Both the position numbers and the translations under genes were made by a program. Of a stretch of 64,000 bases of DNA, positions 17,711-26,227 are shown one piece after another; the stretch's first letter is position 1, and every line of letters starts with the position of its first letter. The DNA is taken from positions 129,726 to 193,725 of the forward strand of contig CBDCOP010000004.1 in NCBI GenBank assembly GCA_965219845.1, read 5' to 3'. The notes under the pieces are model-generated. The model did no database searches and was not told the DNA's origin. It worked only from the letters and a program-made list of their open reading frames with translations. Source of the stretch: Dehalococcoidia bacterium. GTDB lineage: Bacteria; Chloroflexota; Dehalococcoidia; Lucifugimonadales; Australimonadaceae.

Positions 17711-18811
17711 CTACAGGTTGTAGAACGCCTTCGCGTTCGTTTCGAGTATCTTCCGCGCGACCGTATCGCTGATGCGGCCCTCGCTCGCCCACTTCTTGAC
17801 CTCGTCCAGCGCCGCGAGGTTCGCCGACGGGTCGGAGTGGCAGTAGTCGGTGCCGATGATGAGATTGTCCTCGGTGCCAAGGTCCAGCAGGTGCTCTATC
17901 TGGTCCATCGGGTCCATCGTCACGAACAAGCGGTCGGTGCGGAAGAGGTCCCTCTGCAGCTCGAATGTCGCCGAACGGTCGTGCAGCGCCAGCGACCGCT
18001 GCACCATCCCCAGGTTGGAGAGCGCGTAGGGGATCCACGCAGCCCCCGCCTCGATGAACCCGAACCTGAGGTTCGGGAACTTGCTCGGAAGCCTTCCGGA
18101 GACGACCGCGAGGAACGCAGCCATCACCGGGAAACCCCGGTCCCACTCGCGGCCGGGCAGGGGATGGCCGGTGTGGATGCAGAGCGGCATGTTCAGCGAG
18201 TCCGCCTCCTCGTATACAGGGAAGAAGTGCTTGTCGTTCACGGGTTTGTCGAGGTCGAACCCCCGCTTGAAGATGGCGCTCGCCCCGTTCTCCTTTGCCC
18301 ATCGCAACTCCGCGACCGCCTTGTCGGGGTCGAGCAGCGGCAGCACCGCCGCCCAGCGCAGGCGTCCGTTGCTCATCGCGCACCGGTCGGCGAGCCAGCG
18401 GTTGTACGCGCCCGTGAGGTCCGCCTCCGCGTCCGGGTCCTGCGCGCCGTAACGGATGAAGAACGTCGGGAAGATGATCTGGGCGTCCACGCCCATCTTG
18501 TCCATGTCCTTCAAGCGCCCTGCGACTCCTTCAGCGTCGTCCAGCTCCCGGTGCTCGCGCAGCGGGTGGTGTATCTCGTCGCGGACGAAGCGCGGCTGCA
18601 GGCGGTTCTCGACCAGCCACCAGCGGTTGCCGAGCGCCCCGGCGACGCGCACGCCCGCCGCTTCCGGGCGGTCCGCGACCGCCGCCTCCACTTGCGCGTC
18701 CGGCGAGATAGAGACCGGCACGTACTTGGAGCCCTTCTCCTCGAGGCTTTGCCACGTGGCCTCGTTCTCGTCCACGTGGGTATCGGCGTCGATAACACCA
18801 AATGTCGCCAT
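17711..18811 (-). CDS. amidohydrolase family protein (amidohydrolase_2)
   Basis: 'VIDADTHV' N-terminus and 'IGTDYCHSD' C-terminal motif. It is a paralog of 1266..2324. Confidence 0.85.
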   Translation of the reverse strand: MATFGVIDADTHVDENEATWQSLEEKGSKYVPVSISPDAQVEAAVADRPEAAGVRVAGALGNRWWLVENRLQPRFVRDEIHHPLREHRELDDAEGVAGRLKDMDKMGVDAQIIFPTFFIRYGAQDPDAEADLTGAYNRWLADRCAMSNGRLRWAAVLPLLDPDKAVAELRWAKENGASAIFKRGFDLDKPVNDKHFFPVYEEADSLNMPLCIHTGHPLPGREWDRGFPVMAAFLAVVSGRLPSKFPNLRFGFIEAGAAWIPYALSNLGMVQRSLALHDRSATFELQRDLFRTDRLFVTMDPMDQIEHLLDLGTEDNLIIGTDYCHSDPSANLAALDEVKKWASEGRISDTVARKILETNAKAFYNL

Positions 18812-18920
18812 GGCGCTGACCTTCCTTTACGTAAAATCCGCCGCCCGGCAACCCGGCTGGGCGACCTGTCCGCTATTCGACGGTAACTATACTACGGCGC
18901 TTTCGTGCGGGAGGTGGGAT

Positions 18921-19165
18921 GATCCCCTCTCCCTACAAGGAGACCTTTGCATAACCGTGAGAGGGGATGCGGAGCGGGGTTATTTGATCCCTTCCCCCTC
19001 GATGGGGGAAGGTTAGGATGGGGGTGAATCGCGGGGTGCGGGGGCGTTCGGTGAGGGTTATGCAAAGGTCCCTACAAGGGGAGAGGGTTGGGGTGTGGGT
19101 GGGGCGAGGGCCTGCGATGGGTTATGCAAGGGTCCCTACAAGGGGAGAAGGTCAGGGTGAGGGTG
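18921..19165. repeat. composite repeat copy R2 followed by two family A units
   Basis: R2 spans 18921-19058. It is followed by two copies of GTTATGCAA(A/G)GGTCCCTACAAGGGGAGA..GGGTG.GGG. The last unit runs into the 3' end of the MFS ORF. Confidence 0.7.
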
Positions 19166-20417
19166 AACCAGCGGGCCGGGGCTCCACCGGCGCCTTCCTC
19201 GGCTGTGTCGCAAACACCATCAGCACGAGCATCAGCACGGCGACGCACGCGAACAGGACAAACGCCCCCGTAAAGCTTTCCGTCTCGTCGCGGATGAGCC
19301 CCGCCAGCATCGGCCCGAACGGGCTGATCATGCGGAACGGCGCCGTAAAGCCCTTTATCGCACCCAGCGACGCCCGACCGTAGTAGTTCGCCAGCAACAG
19401 CACCTCGATGACGTTCCGCATTCCCGCCGCGACCCCGAAGATGACCGCCCACAGGACCGCGAGCGGAAAGCCCCCCGCCGGAAGCAACAGGAGCAGCATC
19501 GCCGTGAGCACCAGCACCGCCTGTACCATCGCTCCCAGCCGGACGTGCACGCGCTCCAGGATGAACCCCATCGGCATGATCGACGACACCGACGACATCC
19601 CGAAGATGGACACGATGGCCACCGCTTGTCCCTCAGTCAGGCCCCGGTCGTGGAAGATGGGCGCCATGTGCAGGTTCGTCGCGCCCTGCACGAACGGCGT
19701 GCAGACCAGGAACACCGTTATCAGCCAGAACGCCCGCGTCCCCCGCGCCTCCCGCAGCGTCCACGACTCCTCCTCGACGCGGCGCACGCCGGACTCGCGC
19801 GTCCCGGTAGCGTCGCGCAGGTCGGTTGCACCGTCCGGCAGCAGCCCGTGGCCCTCCGGCTGGCTGCGCATCAGCACCAAAGCGGGCGCGATGATGGCCA
19901 GGCACGCGAACCCGGACAGCGCGACGTAGGCCGTCCGCCAGTCGGACGCGTCCATGATGAGGAAGCTCACGATGGGGAGCACGACCTGCCCCGAGCGCTG
20001 ACCCATCGCCTTCAACGCAAGCGTTCGCCCGCGCTGCCGCACGAACCATTTCGCTATCGCGACCGACGACCCGATCTCTATGCCCGCTATCACCGACCCC
20101 CGCGCCAGTCCAAAGAACGTCCAGAAGTGCCACGGCTCCTGTATCGTCGACAGCCCCACCAGCGCCCCCGCGAGCCCCACTCCCCCCAGCGCGACCACCA
20201 CGCGCGGCCCGTACTTGTCGACCAGCCACCCCGTGAGGCTCGACGCCAGCGCCCCCGACGCGCTCCCGATGAGGAACCCGGTCGAGATCGTCGTGTACGA
20301 CCAGCCCAACTCGTCCTGGATCGGCTTGACGAAGATGGTGAGCACAGGGCCGAAGCCAGGCACCTCCGCGAATGTCGCGATAAACGCCGCCCCAACGATC
20401 GCCCAGCCGTAGAACAC
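19152..20417 (-). CDS. MFS transporter
   Basis: 421-aa polytopic membrane protein. Its last ~15 codons are repeat-derived. Confidence 0.85.
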   Translation of the reverse strand: MFYGWAIVGAAFIATFAEVPGFGPVLTIFVKPIQDELGWSYTTISTGFLIGSASGALASSLTGWLVDKYGPRVVVALGGVGLAGALVGLSTIQEPWHFWTFFGLARGSVIAGIEIGSSVAIAKWFVRQRGRTLALKAMGQRSGQVVLPIVSFLIMDASDWRTAYVALSGFACLAIIAPALVLMRSQPEGHGLLPDGATDLRDATGTRESGVRRVEEESWTLREARGTRAFWLITVFLVCTPFVQGATNLHMAPIFHDRGLTEGQAVAIVSIFGMSSVSSIMPMGFILERVHVRLGAMVQAVLVLTAMLLLLLPAGGFPLAVLWAVIFGVAAGMRNVIEVLLLANYYGRASLGAIKGFTAPFRMISPFGPMLAGLIRDETESFTGAFVLFACVAVLMLVLMVFATQPRKAPVEPRPAGSPSP

Positions 20418-20475
20418 GCGGCGGTAAGGCCAGAAGCGAGGTATCCCCGGGGGGCGGGAACTCGTATCGACGGGA

Positions 20476-21609
20476 TTACGCAGTGCCGAACGCCTTCCGC
20501 AGCTCGCCTGCCGCCTCGTTGATGGCGTCCCACGTCCGCGTGAACGGGACCCCCGCGTTGAACAACGCGTGGACCTGCCCGTCGTAGCGGCTCAGCACCG
20601 TCGGCACGCCCGCCTCGCGCAGCCGCTCCGCGTACGCCTCCCCCTCGTCGCGCAGCGGGTCGTACTCGCACGTCAGCACGAACGCCGACGCCAGGCCGGA
20701 CAGGTCGTCAGCCGCCATCGGAGCGACGTACGGGTTGGAGGCGTCCGCCTCGGTGGACACGTAGCAGTCCCAGAAGTAGCGCATCGTATCGTAGGAGAGG
20801 CCGTAGCCCTCCGCGTTCTCCACGTAGGACGGACGCTCGAAGTCGTTGTCGACCACCGGACAGATGAGCGACTGGTGCACGAGACGTGGCCCGCCCTCGT
20901 CCCGCACGCGCAGCGCCACCGCCGCGGCGAGGTTCCCGCCCGCGCTCGAACCGGCGACCGCCAGCCGCGACGGGTCGCCGCCGAGGGATGCCGCGTTCGC
21001 AGCCGCCCACTCCGTCGCCGCATAGCAGTCGTCGAGCGGGACCGGGAACCTGTGCTCGGGCGCCAGCCGGTAGTCCACGGACACGACTATGCTGCCCGAT
21101 CTGTTCGCGAGCGCCCGGCACGTCGGGTCGTTCGTCTCGATGCTGCCGACCACCCAGCCGCCGCCGTGGAACCACACGCACACAGGCAATCCCGTCGTGT
21201 CGAGCGATCCCGTCGTGTCGAGCAATCCCGTCGTTCCTGCGGAGGCAGGGACCTCGCCCCCGCCGCCGTCATTCCCGCCTTCACCTCCGTCATTCCCGCG
21301 AAGGCGGGAATCCAGTGTGCCCCTCTCTCCCCCTGGGAGACCCTGCCTGTTCCCCTCTCCCTCTGGGAGAGGGTTAGGGTGAGGGCCAACCGGAACGTAC
21401 ACCCGCACCGGTACGTCGCCGTGCGGCCCCGGCGCGGCGAGGTCGCTCACGGACGCGACCTCCGGCCCGGGGATGCGCGGCTGCGCCTCCGACATCGCGC
21501 GCGCCTCCTCGGGGCTCACCTCGTGTTGGGTGGGCAAGCCCATGGCGGCTTGCTTCTCCAACGAGGCTTTCGCTTCAGGGTCGAGCGGCAAGACGCGTCT
21601 CCTTCGCAC
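20476..21609 (-). CDS. alpha/beta hydrolase, HSL-type esterase/lipase
   Basis: 'WFHGGGW' oxyanion motif and 'GSSAGGNLA' nucleophile elbow. It carries a repeat-derived low-complexity insert just N-terminal of HGGG. Confidence 0.85.
   Translation of the reverse strand: MRRRRVLPLDPEAKASLEKQAAMGLPTQHEVSPEEARAMSEAQPRIPGPEVASVSDLAAPGPHGDVPVRVYVPVGPHPNPLPEGEGNRQGLPGGERGTLDSRLRGNDGGEGGNDGGGGEVPASAGTTGLLDTTGSLDTTGLPVCVWFHGGGWVVGSIETNDPTCRALANRSGSIVVSVDYRLAPEHRFPVPLDDCYAATEWAAANAASLGGDPSRLAVAGSSAGGNLAAAVALRVRDEGGPRLVHQSLICPVVDNDFERPSYVENAEGYGLSYDTMRYFWDCYVSTEADASNPYVAPMAADDLSGLASAFVLTCEYDPLRDEGEAYAERLREAGVPTVLSRYDGQVHALFNAGVPFTRTWDAINEAAGELRKAFGTA
21188..21390. repeat. intragenic composite of repeat families A and B plus an 18-bp tandem repeat
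   Basis: It contains gtcgttcctgcggaggcaggg, attcccgcgaaggcgggaat and cccctctccctctgggagagggttagggtgaggg, all inside the esterase ORF. Confidence 0.75.
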
Positions 21610-21653
21610 CGGCTGCGCCGGAGTATACGCGAGGAACGCTGAAATCGTAGGCT

Positions 21654-21694
21654 GATCCCCTCTCCCTACAAGGGGAGAGGGTTAGGGTGAGGGT
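21654..21694. repeat. repeat family A unit
   Basis: Sequence is gatcccctctccctacaaggggagagggttagggtgagggt. Confidence 0.8.
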
Positions 21695-21737
21695 ACTGCG
21701 GGGGCGGAGTGGGGTGTCTGCGATGTGAAGGGTTGCC

Positions 21738-22791
21738 CTACGCGGTGCCGAACGCCTTCCGCAGTTCGCCGGCTGTCTCGTTGATGGCGTTCCACGTCCG
21801 GACGAACGGCATCCCCGCGTTGAAGAACGCGTGGATCATCCCGTCGTACCGCGTCAGCTTCGTCGGCACGCCCGCCTCCCGCAAGCGCGCCGCGTACGCC
21901 TCTCCCTCGTCGCGCAGCGGGTCGTACTCACACGTCAGCACGAACGCCGGAGGCAGACCGGACAAGGTCCTCCGCAAGCATCGGCGCAACGTAGGGATTG
22001 GACGCGTCCGCCTCGCTGGACAGGTAGCAGTCCCAGAAGTAGACCATCGACGCGTAGGAGAGGCCGTAACCCGCTCCGTTCTCGGCATAGGACGGTCGGC
22101 TGTAGTCCTTGTCTGTTACCGGGTAGATGAGCGACTGTTGCACGAGAGGTGGCCCGTTCTCGTCGCGCGCCCGCAGGGATATCGTTGCCGCGAGGTTCCC
22201 GCCCGCGCTCGCTCCCGCGACCGCGAGCCGGGACGGGTCACCGCCGAGCGACGCCGCGTTCGCCGCCGCCCACACCGTCGCCGCGTACGAATCGTCGAAC
22301 GGGATGGGGAACCGGTGCTCCGGCGCCAGCCGGTAGTCCACCGAAACGACGATGGCGCCTGACGCGTTCGCCAGCGCCCGGCACGTCGCGTCGTTCGTCG
22401 CAACGCTGCCGATGACCCAGCCGCCGCCGTGGAACCACATGCAGACGGGCAGCCCCGTCGTTCCTGCGGAGGCAGGAACCCCGCCCCCGCCGCCGTTATT
22501 CCCGCCTTCACCTCCGTCATTCCCGCGAAGGCGGGAATCCAGTGTGCCCCCCTCTCCCCCTGGGAGAGGGTTAGGGTGAGGGCGAGCCGGAACGTACACC
22601 CGCACGGGCACGTCGCCGTGCGGCCCCGGCGCAATGTGGTCGCTGACGGACGCCACCTCCGGCCCCGGCAGGTTCGGCCGGGCCGCCTGCAGCGCGCGCG
22701 CCTCCTCCGGGCTCGACTCATGCGGCTCGAGCACGCCCATCTCGACACGCTTCTCCAACGACGCCTTCGCTTCAGGGTCCAGCGGCATCAC
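21738..22791 (-). pseudogene. HSL-type esterase paralog interrupted by a 1-nt frameshift
   Basis: ORF 21928..22791 carries HGGG and GASAGGNLA and ends just after '[12 protein letters not shown]'. ORF 21738..22088 continues '[21 protein letters not shown]' in another frame. Compared with copy 1, there is an extra base at about 21964 (acaagg versus acagg). Confidence 0.7.
22451..22585. repeat. intragenic composite of repeat families A and B, shorter version
   Basis: The same elements sit at the same position as in copy 1, but it lacks the 18-bp duplication and one partial family A unit. Confidence 0.75.
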
Positions 22792-22840
22792 GCCCTCCTG
22801 TAGACCGGATGCGCGGGATTATACGCGGGGGATCGACTCC

Positions 22841-22890
22841 GTCGTTCCCGCGAAAGCGGGAATCTCGCCCCTGCTTGGCGTGGGGGCGAC
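22841..22890. repeat. repeat family B unit, long form
   Basis: Sequence is gtcgttcccgcgaaagcgggaatctcgcccctgcttggcgtgggggcgaccttggttgggg. Compare 24078-24140. Confidence 0.7.
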
Positions 22891-23032
22891 CTTGGTTGGG
22901 GTCCTGTCTGCCCAGCGCTTCAGCGCGTCCTCTTCCGGCTGAGGAAGTGGACTGGGGGTGAGGGTGTACAGGGCAGGGTAGTGCCCACCGCGTATCATGA
23001 GTCAAGGTTAGTTCCCAAAGAAGGAGGCGACG

Positions 23033-23992
23033 ATGCCTGATTCCTACGGACCGCCAACACCACCGGTGCTCAGCAGGTCGCGACTCGCGCTGGAGATCGC
23101 TTCGCAGCTGGTGGGGACGGACGGGTGGCCGTTCCTCCGGGCGCACGTTGATCTTCGCCAAAGCGACTTCGACGAGACCGGCTTTCGCCTGATCGGCAGT
23201 GGGAGCGCGGATGGCATCGACGAAGTCGCGGAGGGCAGGGCCGGGCTTGCGATGATCAACCCGTCCGCGATGCTGACGATGGCCTATCGAGGGACGGGAC
23301 CGTTCAGCAGGCAGTTGCCGGTACGAGTCGTCGCCGTGCTGCCGTCGTACGACCAGATCACGCTTGGCGTGATGGAACGGACGGGCCTCCGGTCATTCGC
23401 CGACATCCGCGAACAACGCTACCCGCTCCGCGTGTCCGTCCGCGGCCCCAGGGAGAACTCGGTGCCGATGGTCGCGAACGAGATCTGCAAAGCGCACGGG
23501 TTCACGCTGGACGACATCGAATCGTGGGGTGGGGAGGTGTCGTACTACCGGCGGCTGCCGGGGGCCCGGCTGCCCGACATCGAGAAGGGCGAGGCGGACG
23601 CCATCTTCGACGAGGCCGTGCGGCAGTGGGTCGACCCCGGCGCGGGGATCGGCATGCGCTTCCTGGAGCCCGAGGACGAGGCGCTCGCGAAACTGGAGCC
23701 GCTGGGCCTGCGCCGAGGCGTGGTGCTCAAGTCCGATTTCCCCAACCTCCCGGCCGATTTCCAGGCGGTGGACTTCTCCGGGTTCCCGGTATTCACCAAC
23801 GAGGCAGTTCCCGATGAACAGGTGCGGGCGCTCTGCGCCGCGTTGGAGGCCCGTCGGGACCGCATTCCATGGGAGGGCGTTGGCCCCCTCCCACTCGAAA
23901 GCATGAGCCGCGATACGCGGGAAGGACCGCTGGACGTGCCGCTGCATCCCGCCGCCGAGGCCTACTGGCGTGAGCGCGGCTACCTCGCCTGA
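23033..23992 (+). CDS. TAXI/NMT1-like solute-binding-fold protein (no signal peptide seen)
   Basis: 319 aa. The 'LRVSVRGPRENSVPMVANEICKAHGFTLDDI' and 'EADAIFDEAV' segments resemble the TAXI-family receptor pattern. No adjacent permease. Confidence 0.4.
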   Translation: MPDSYGPPTPPVLSRSRLALEIASQLVGTDGWPFLRAHVDLRQSDFDETGFRLIGSGSADGIDEVAEGRAGLAMINPSAMLTMAYRGTGPFSRQLPVRVVAVLPSYDQITLGVMERTGLRSFADIREQRYPLRVSVRGPRENSVPMVANEICKAHGFTLDDIESWGGEVSYYRRLPGARLPDIEKGEADAIFDEAVRQWVDPGAGIGMRFLEPEDEALAKLEPLGLRRGVVLKSDFPNLPADFQAVDFSGFPVFTNEAVPDEQVRALCAALEARRDRIPWEGVGPLPLESMSRDTREGPLDVPLHPAAEAYWRERGYLA

Positions 23993-24286
23993 TCCCCTCT
24001 CCCTCGAGGGGAGAGGGTTAGGGTGAGGGTGAACCGGCGGGGCCTGTGGGGGAGCGTGTCATGCAGAACGGAGGCTCGGTCGTTCCTGCGGAGGCAGGAA
24101 CCTCGCCCCTGGCTGGTGTAGGGGCGTCCCTTGTGGGCGCCCGATCCCGTCATTCCCGCGCAGGCGGGAATCTCGCCCCCCTGGCGGGTCTGATCCCCTC
24201 TCCTGGGGGAGAGGGTTAGGGTGAGGGCGAATCGGGGCTGGTGTGGGGTGCCTGTCATTTCAAGCGTAGCCGAGAAATCTCTCGGG
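23991..24286. repeat. dense cluster of repeat units in the order A, B, B, A, C-half
   Basis: A at 23991-24030, B at 24078-24110, B at 24149-24180, A at 24192-24227, and a C half-element at 24253-24286. Confidence 0.75.
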
Positions 24287-24415
24287 ATGCGCGCCTGTAA
24301 ATCGCGTCGTCCCTCGTGAGCCTCACCAACTCTGCCATCTGCCTCTTGCGCCATGGCGTACCGTTTGCGATAGGGTTATGGGGCAAGAGAGAATCGTCAG
24401 TGGCAGCAGGTTCCC

Positions 24416-25298
24416 ATGGTAATCACAGCATCTCCGATTCCGGCAGTGAACGTGGCCGCAGTGCCGCAGCGCAGCCCATTGCGTTACCCTGGCGGTAAGA
24501 CGTGGCTCATTCCTCATATACGTGTCTGGCTCCGTTCCATAGAACGGCCTCGGTTGCTCATTGAGCCGTTCGCAGGCGGCGGCATCGTCTCACTCACAGC
24601 GGTCATGGAGAACCTCGCCGACGAATCACTGATGGCAGAACTCGACGAAGACGTGGCGGCCCTGTGGAAGGCAGCCTTGCACCACAGTTCGGAACTGGCA
24701 GACCGAGTACGCGAGTTCACACCAACACGCGAGTCAGTTGATCAGCTCTCCCGTCTACACCCTGCGGATGTCGTGGAGCACGGCTTCCGAACGTTGGTCC
24801 TAAACCGTACACAGCGCGGAGGCGTCCTCGCGCACGGGGCGTCCTTCACCCGATACGGGGAAAACGGGGCAGGGCTTGCGGTCGCGCTGGTACCCTGACA
24901 CCCTCATCCGTCGACTGCGCGCTATTGCCGAGTACGCATGCCGCATCACCTTCCACGAGACAGACGGTATGCAGATGCTTGCCTCGCTGCTCGACCAGCC
25001 CCATGACGACGTGGCGTTGTTCATTGACCCGCCATACACGGGAGACGGGGGAAAACGCGCAGGGAGACGCCTCTACGCGCACAACGGCGTTAATCACGCC
25101 CGCCTCTTTTCGATGCTCGCAGAAAGCAGTGCAAACTTCCTGATGACCTATGACCGCTCTCTCGAAATCGAGTCTTTGATTGAGTCATACGGGTTTCAAG
25201 CCGTCCAAGTAGTGATGAAGAATGGGCACCACGCCTTACTGCCGGAGCTTGTGATTACTCGATACCCGGCCTTCTCAAAGGGACTTACTCTTGCCTGA
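24416..25298 (+). pseudogene. Dam-like (D12 class) N6-adenine DNA methyltransferase, frameshifted
   Basis: 'PLRYPGGK' and 'EPFAGGG' lie in frame 1 (24416..24898). 'RSRWYP' and 'FIDPPYTG' lie in the ORF 24876..25298. One extra base at about 24876-24879 would join 'GENGAGL' to 'RSRWYP'. Confidence 0.7.
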
Positions 25299-26163
25299 GC
25301 GCTATGGCATCGCTGAGTGGTACGGGCAGCCGCTCTTGGGGCTCTCTCCATCCCAACGCCGCGATTTGGCATTGGTGGCTTCCAGAGGAGGAGATGAGAT
25401 TCCGCCGTGCCCCTTCAAGCAGAACGAACCTACCTGCAGCAAGAAGGGCGGGGTCTGCTCCCTGCGGCGCTACGCGCAAAGCGAAGACGGGCGGCTTGGC
25501 GAACCTGTCGGTGAACCCGTTATCGTCTGTCCCGCGAGGTTCGAGGAAGAGCGCTTACTCGTCTTCTGGTTGGCTGAGATTGTCGGATTCGCACCTGCGG
25601 ATGCACTAGTGGCCCGTGAGATTCCATTCATGCAGGGAACCAAAACGAACAAGCCGGCCGGAAAGATTGACTTGGTCGTTGCCAAGACCTCCAACGGGGG
25701 CATCCTGTGGCATGGGCTGGAGATTCAGGCAGTTTACTTCTCAGGGAAGGGAATGGAGTCTGAATTTCGTTCCTTGCAGGACGACACACACGAAACGCCT
25801 TCGTTCCCAACGGCAACCCGTCGCCCCGATTGGCGTTCATCCAGCGCCAAGCGACTGATGCCCCAGTTGTAGATCAAAGCGCCGACGCTACGCCGGTGGG
25901 GTTCCAAGCTTGCCGTCGCGGTAGACCGCCCGTTCTTTGAATCGGTTGGAGGTCCCAGTCCAAACCCAAGCCATGACCTCAATGATGGAGACATCATCTG
26001 GATGGTGCCTGAGCTCGTCGGAGATGGACGACGCCATCACTTGTCCCGCGGGCACTGGGAAGTGCTAACCTTGGAAGCTTCTAACGAGAAACTCCTTGCA
26101 GCGTCTACCATCCAACGCGAATTGTTCGAACGAACCCTCCTATCGAAACTGGAGCCTGTCTAA
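25291..26163 (+). pseudogene. NotI-family-like restriction endonuclease with an in-frame TAG
   Basis: 'IAEWYG', 'CPF..(7)..C.KKGGVCS', 'VCPARF' and 'LEIQAVYFSG' resemble NotI as I recall it. A TAG at 25870-25872 is followed by 96 further sense codons in the same frame, ending at TAA 26161-26163. Confidence 0.6.
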
Positions 26164-26227
26164 CGACCGCTGACCCTCTGCCATCCGCCCCTTCTGTCAT
26201 CGCCCCAACACCTGGTATCATGGGTGT

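Noticed and set aside
17524-24286. The short palindromic repeats, considered as a possible CRISPR array.
   Set aside because: The repeats belong to three different families, are irregularly spaced and are nested in one another rather than separated by unique spacers of fixed length. No cas genes are present.
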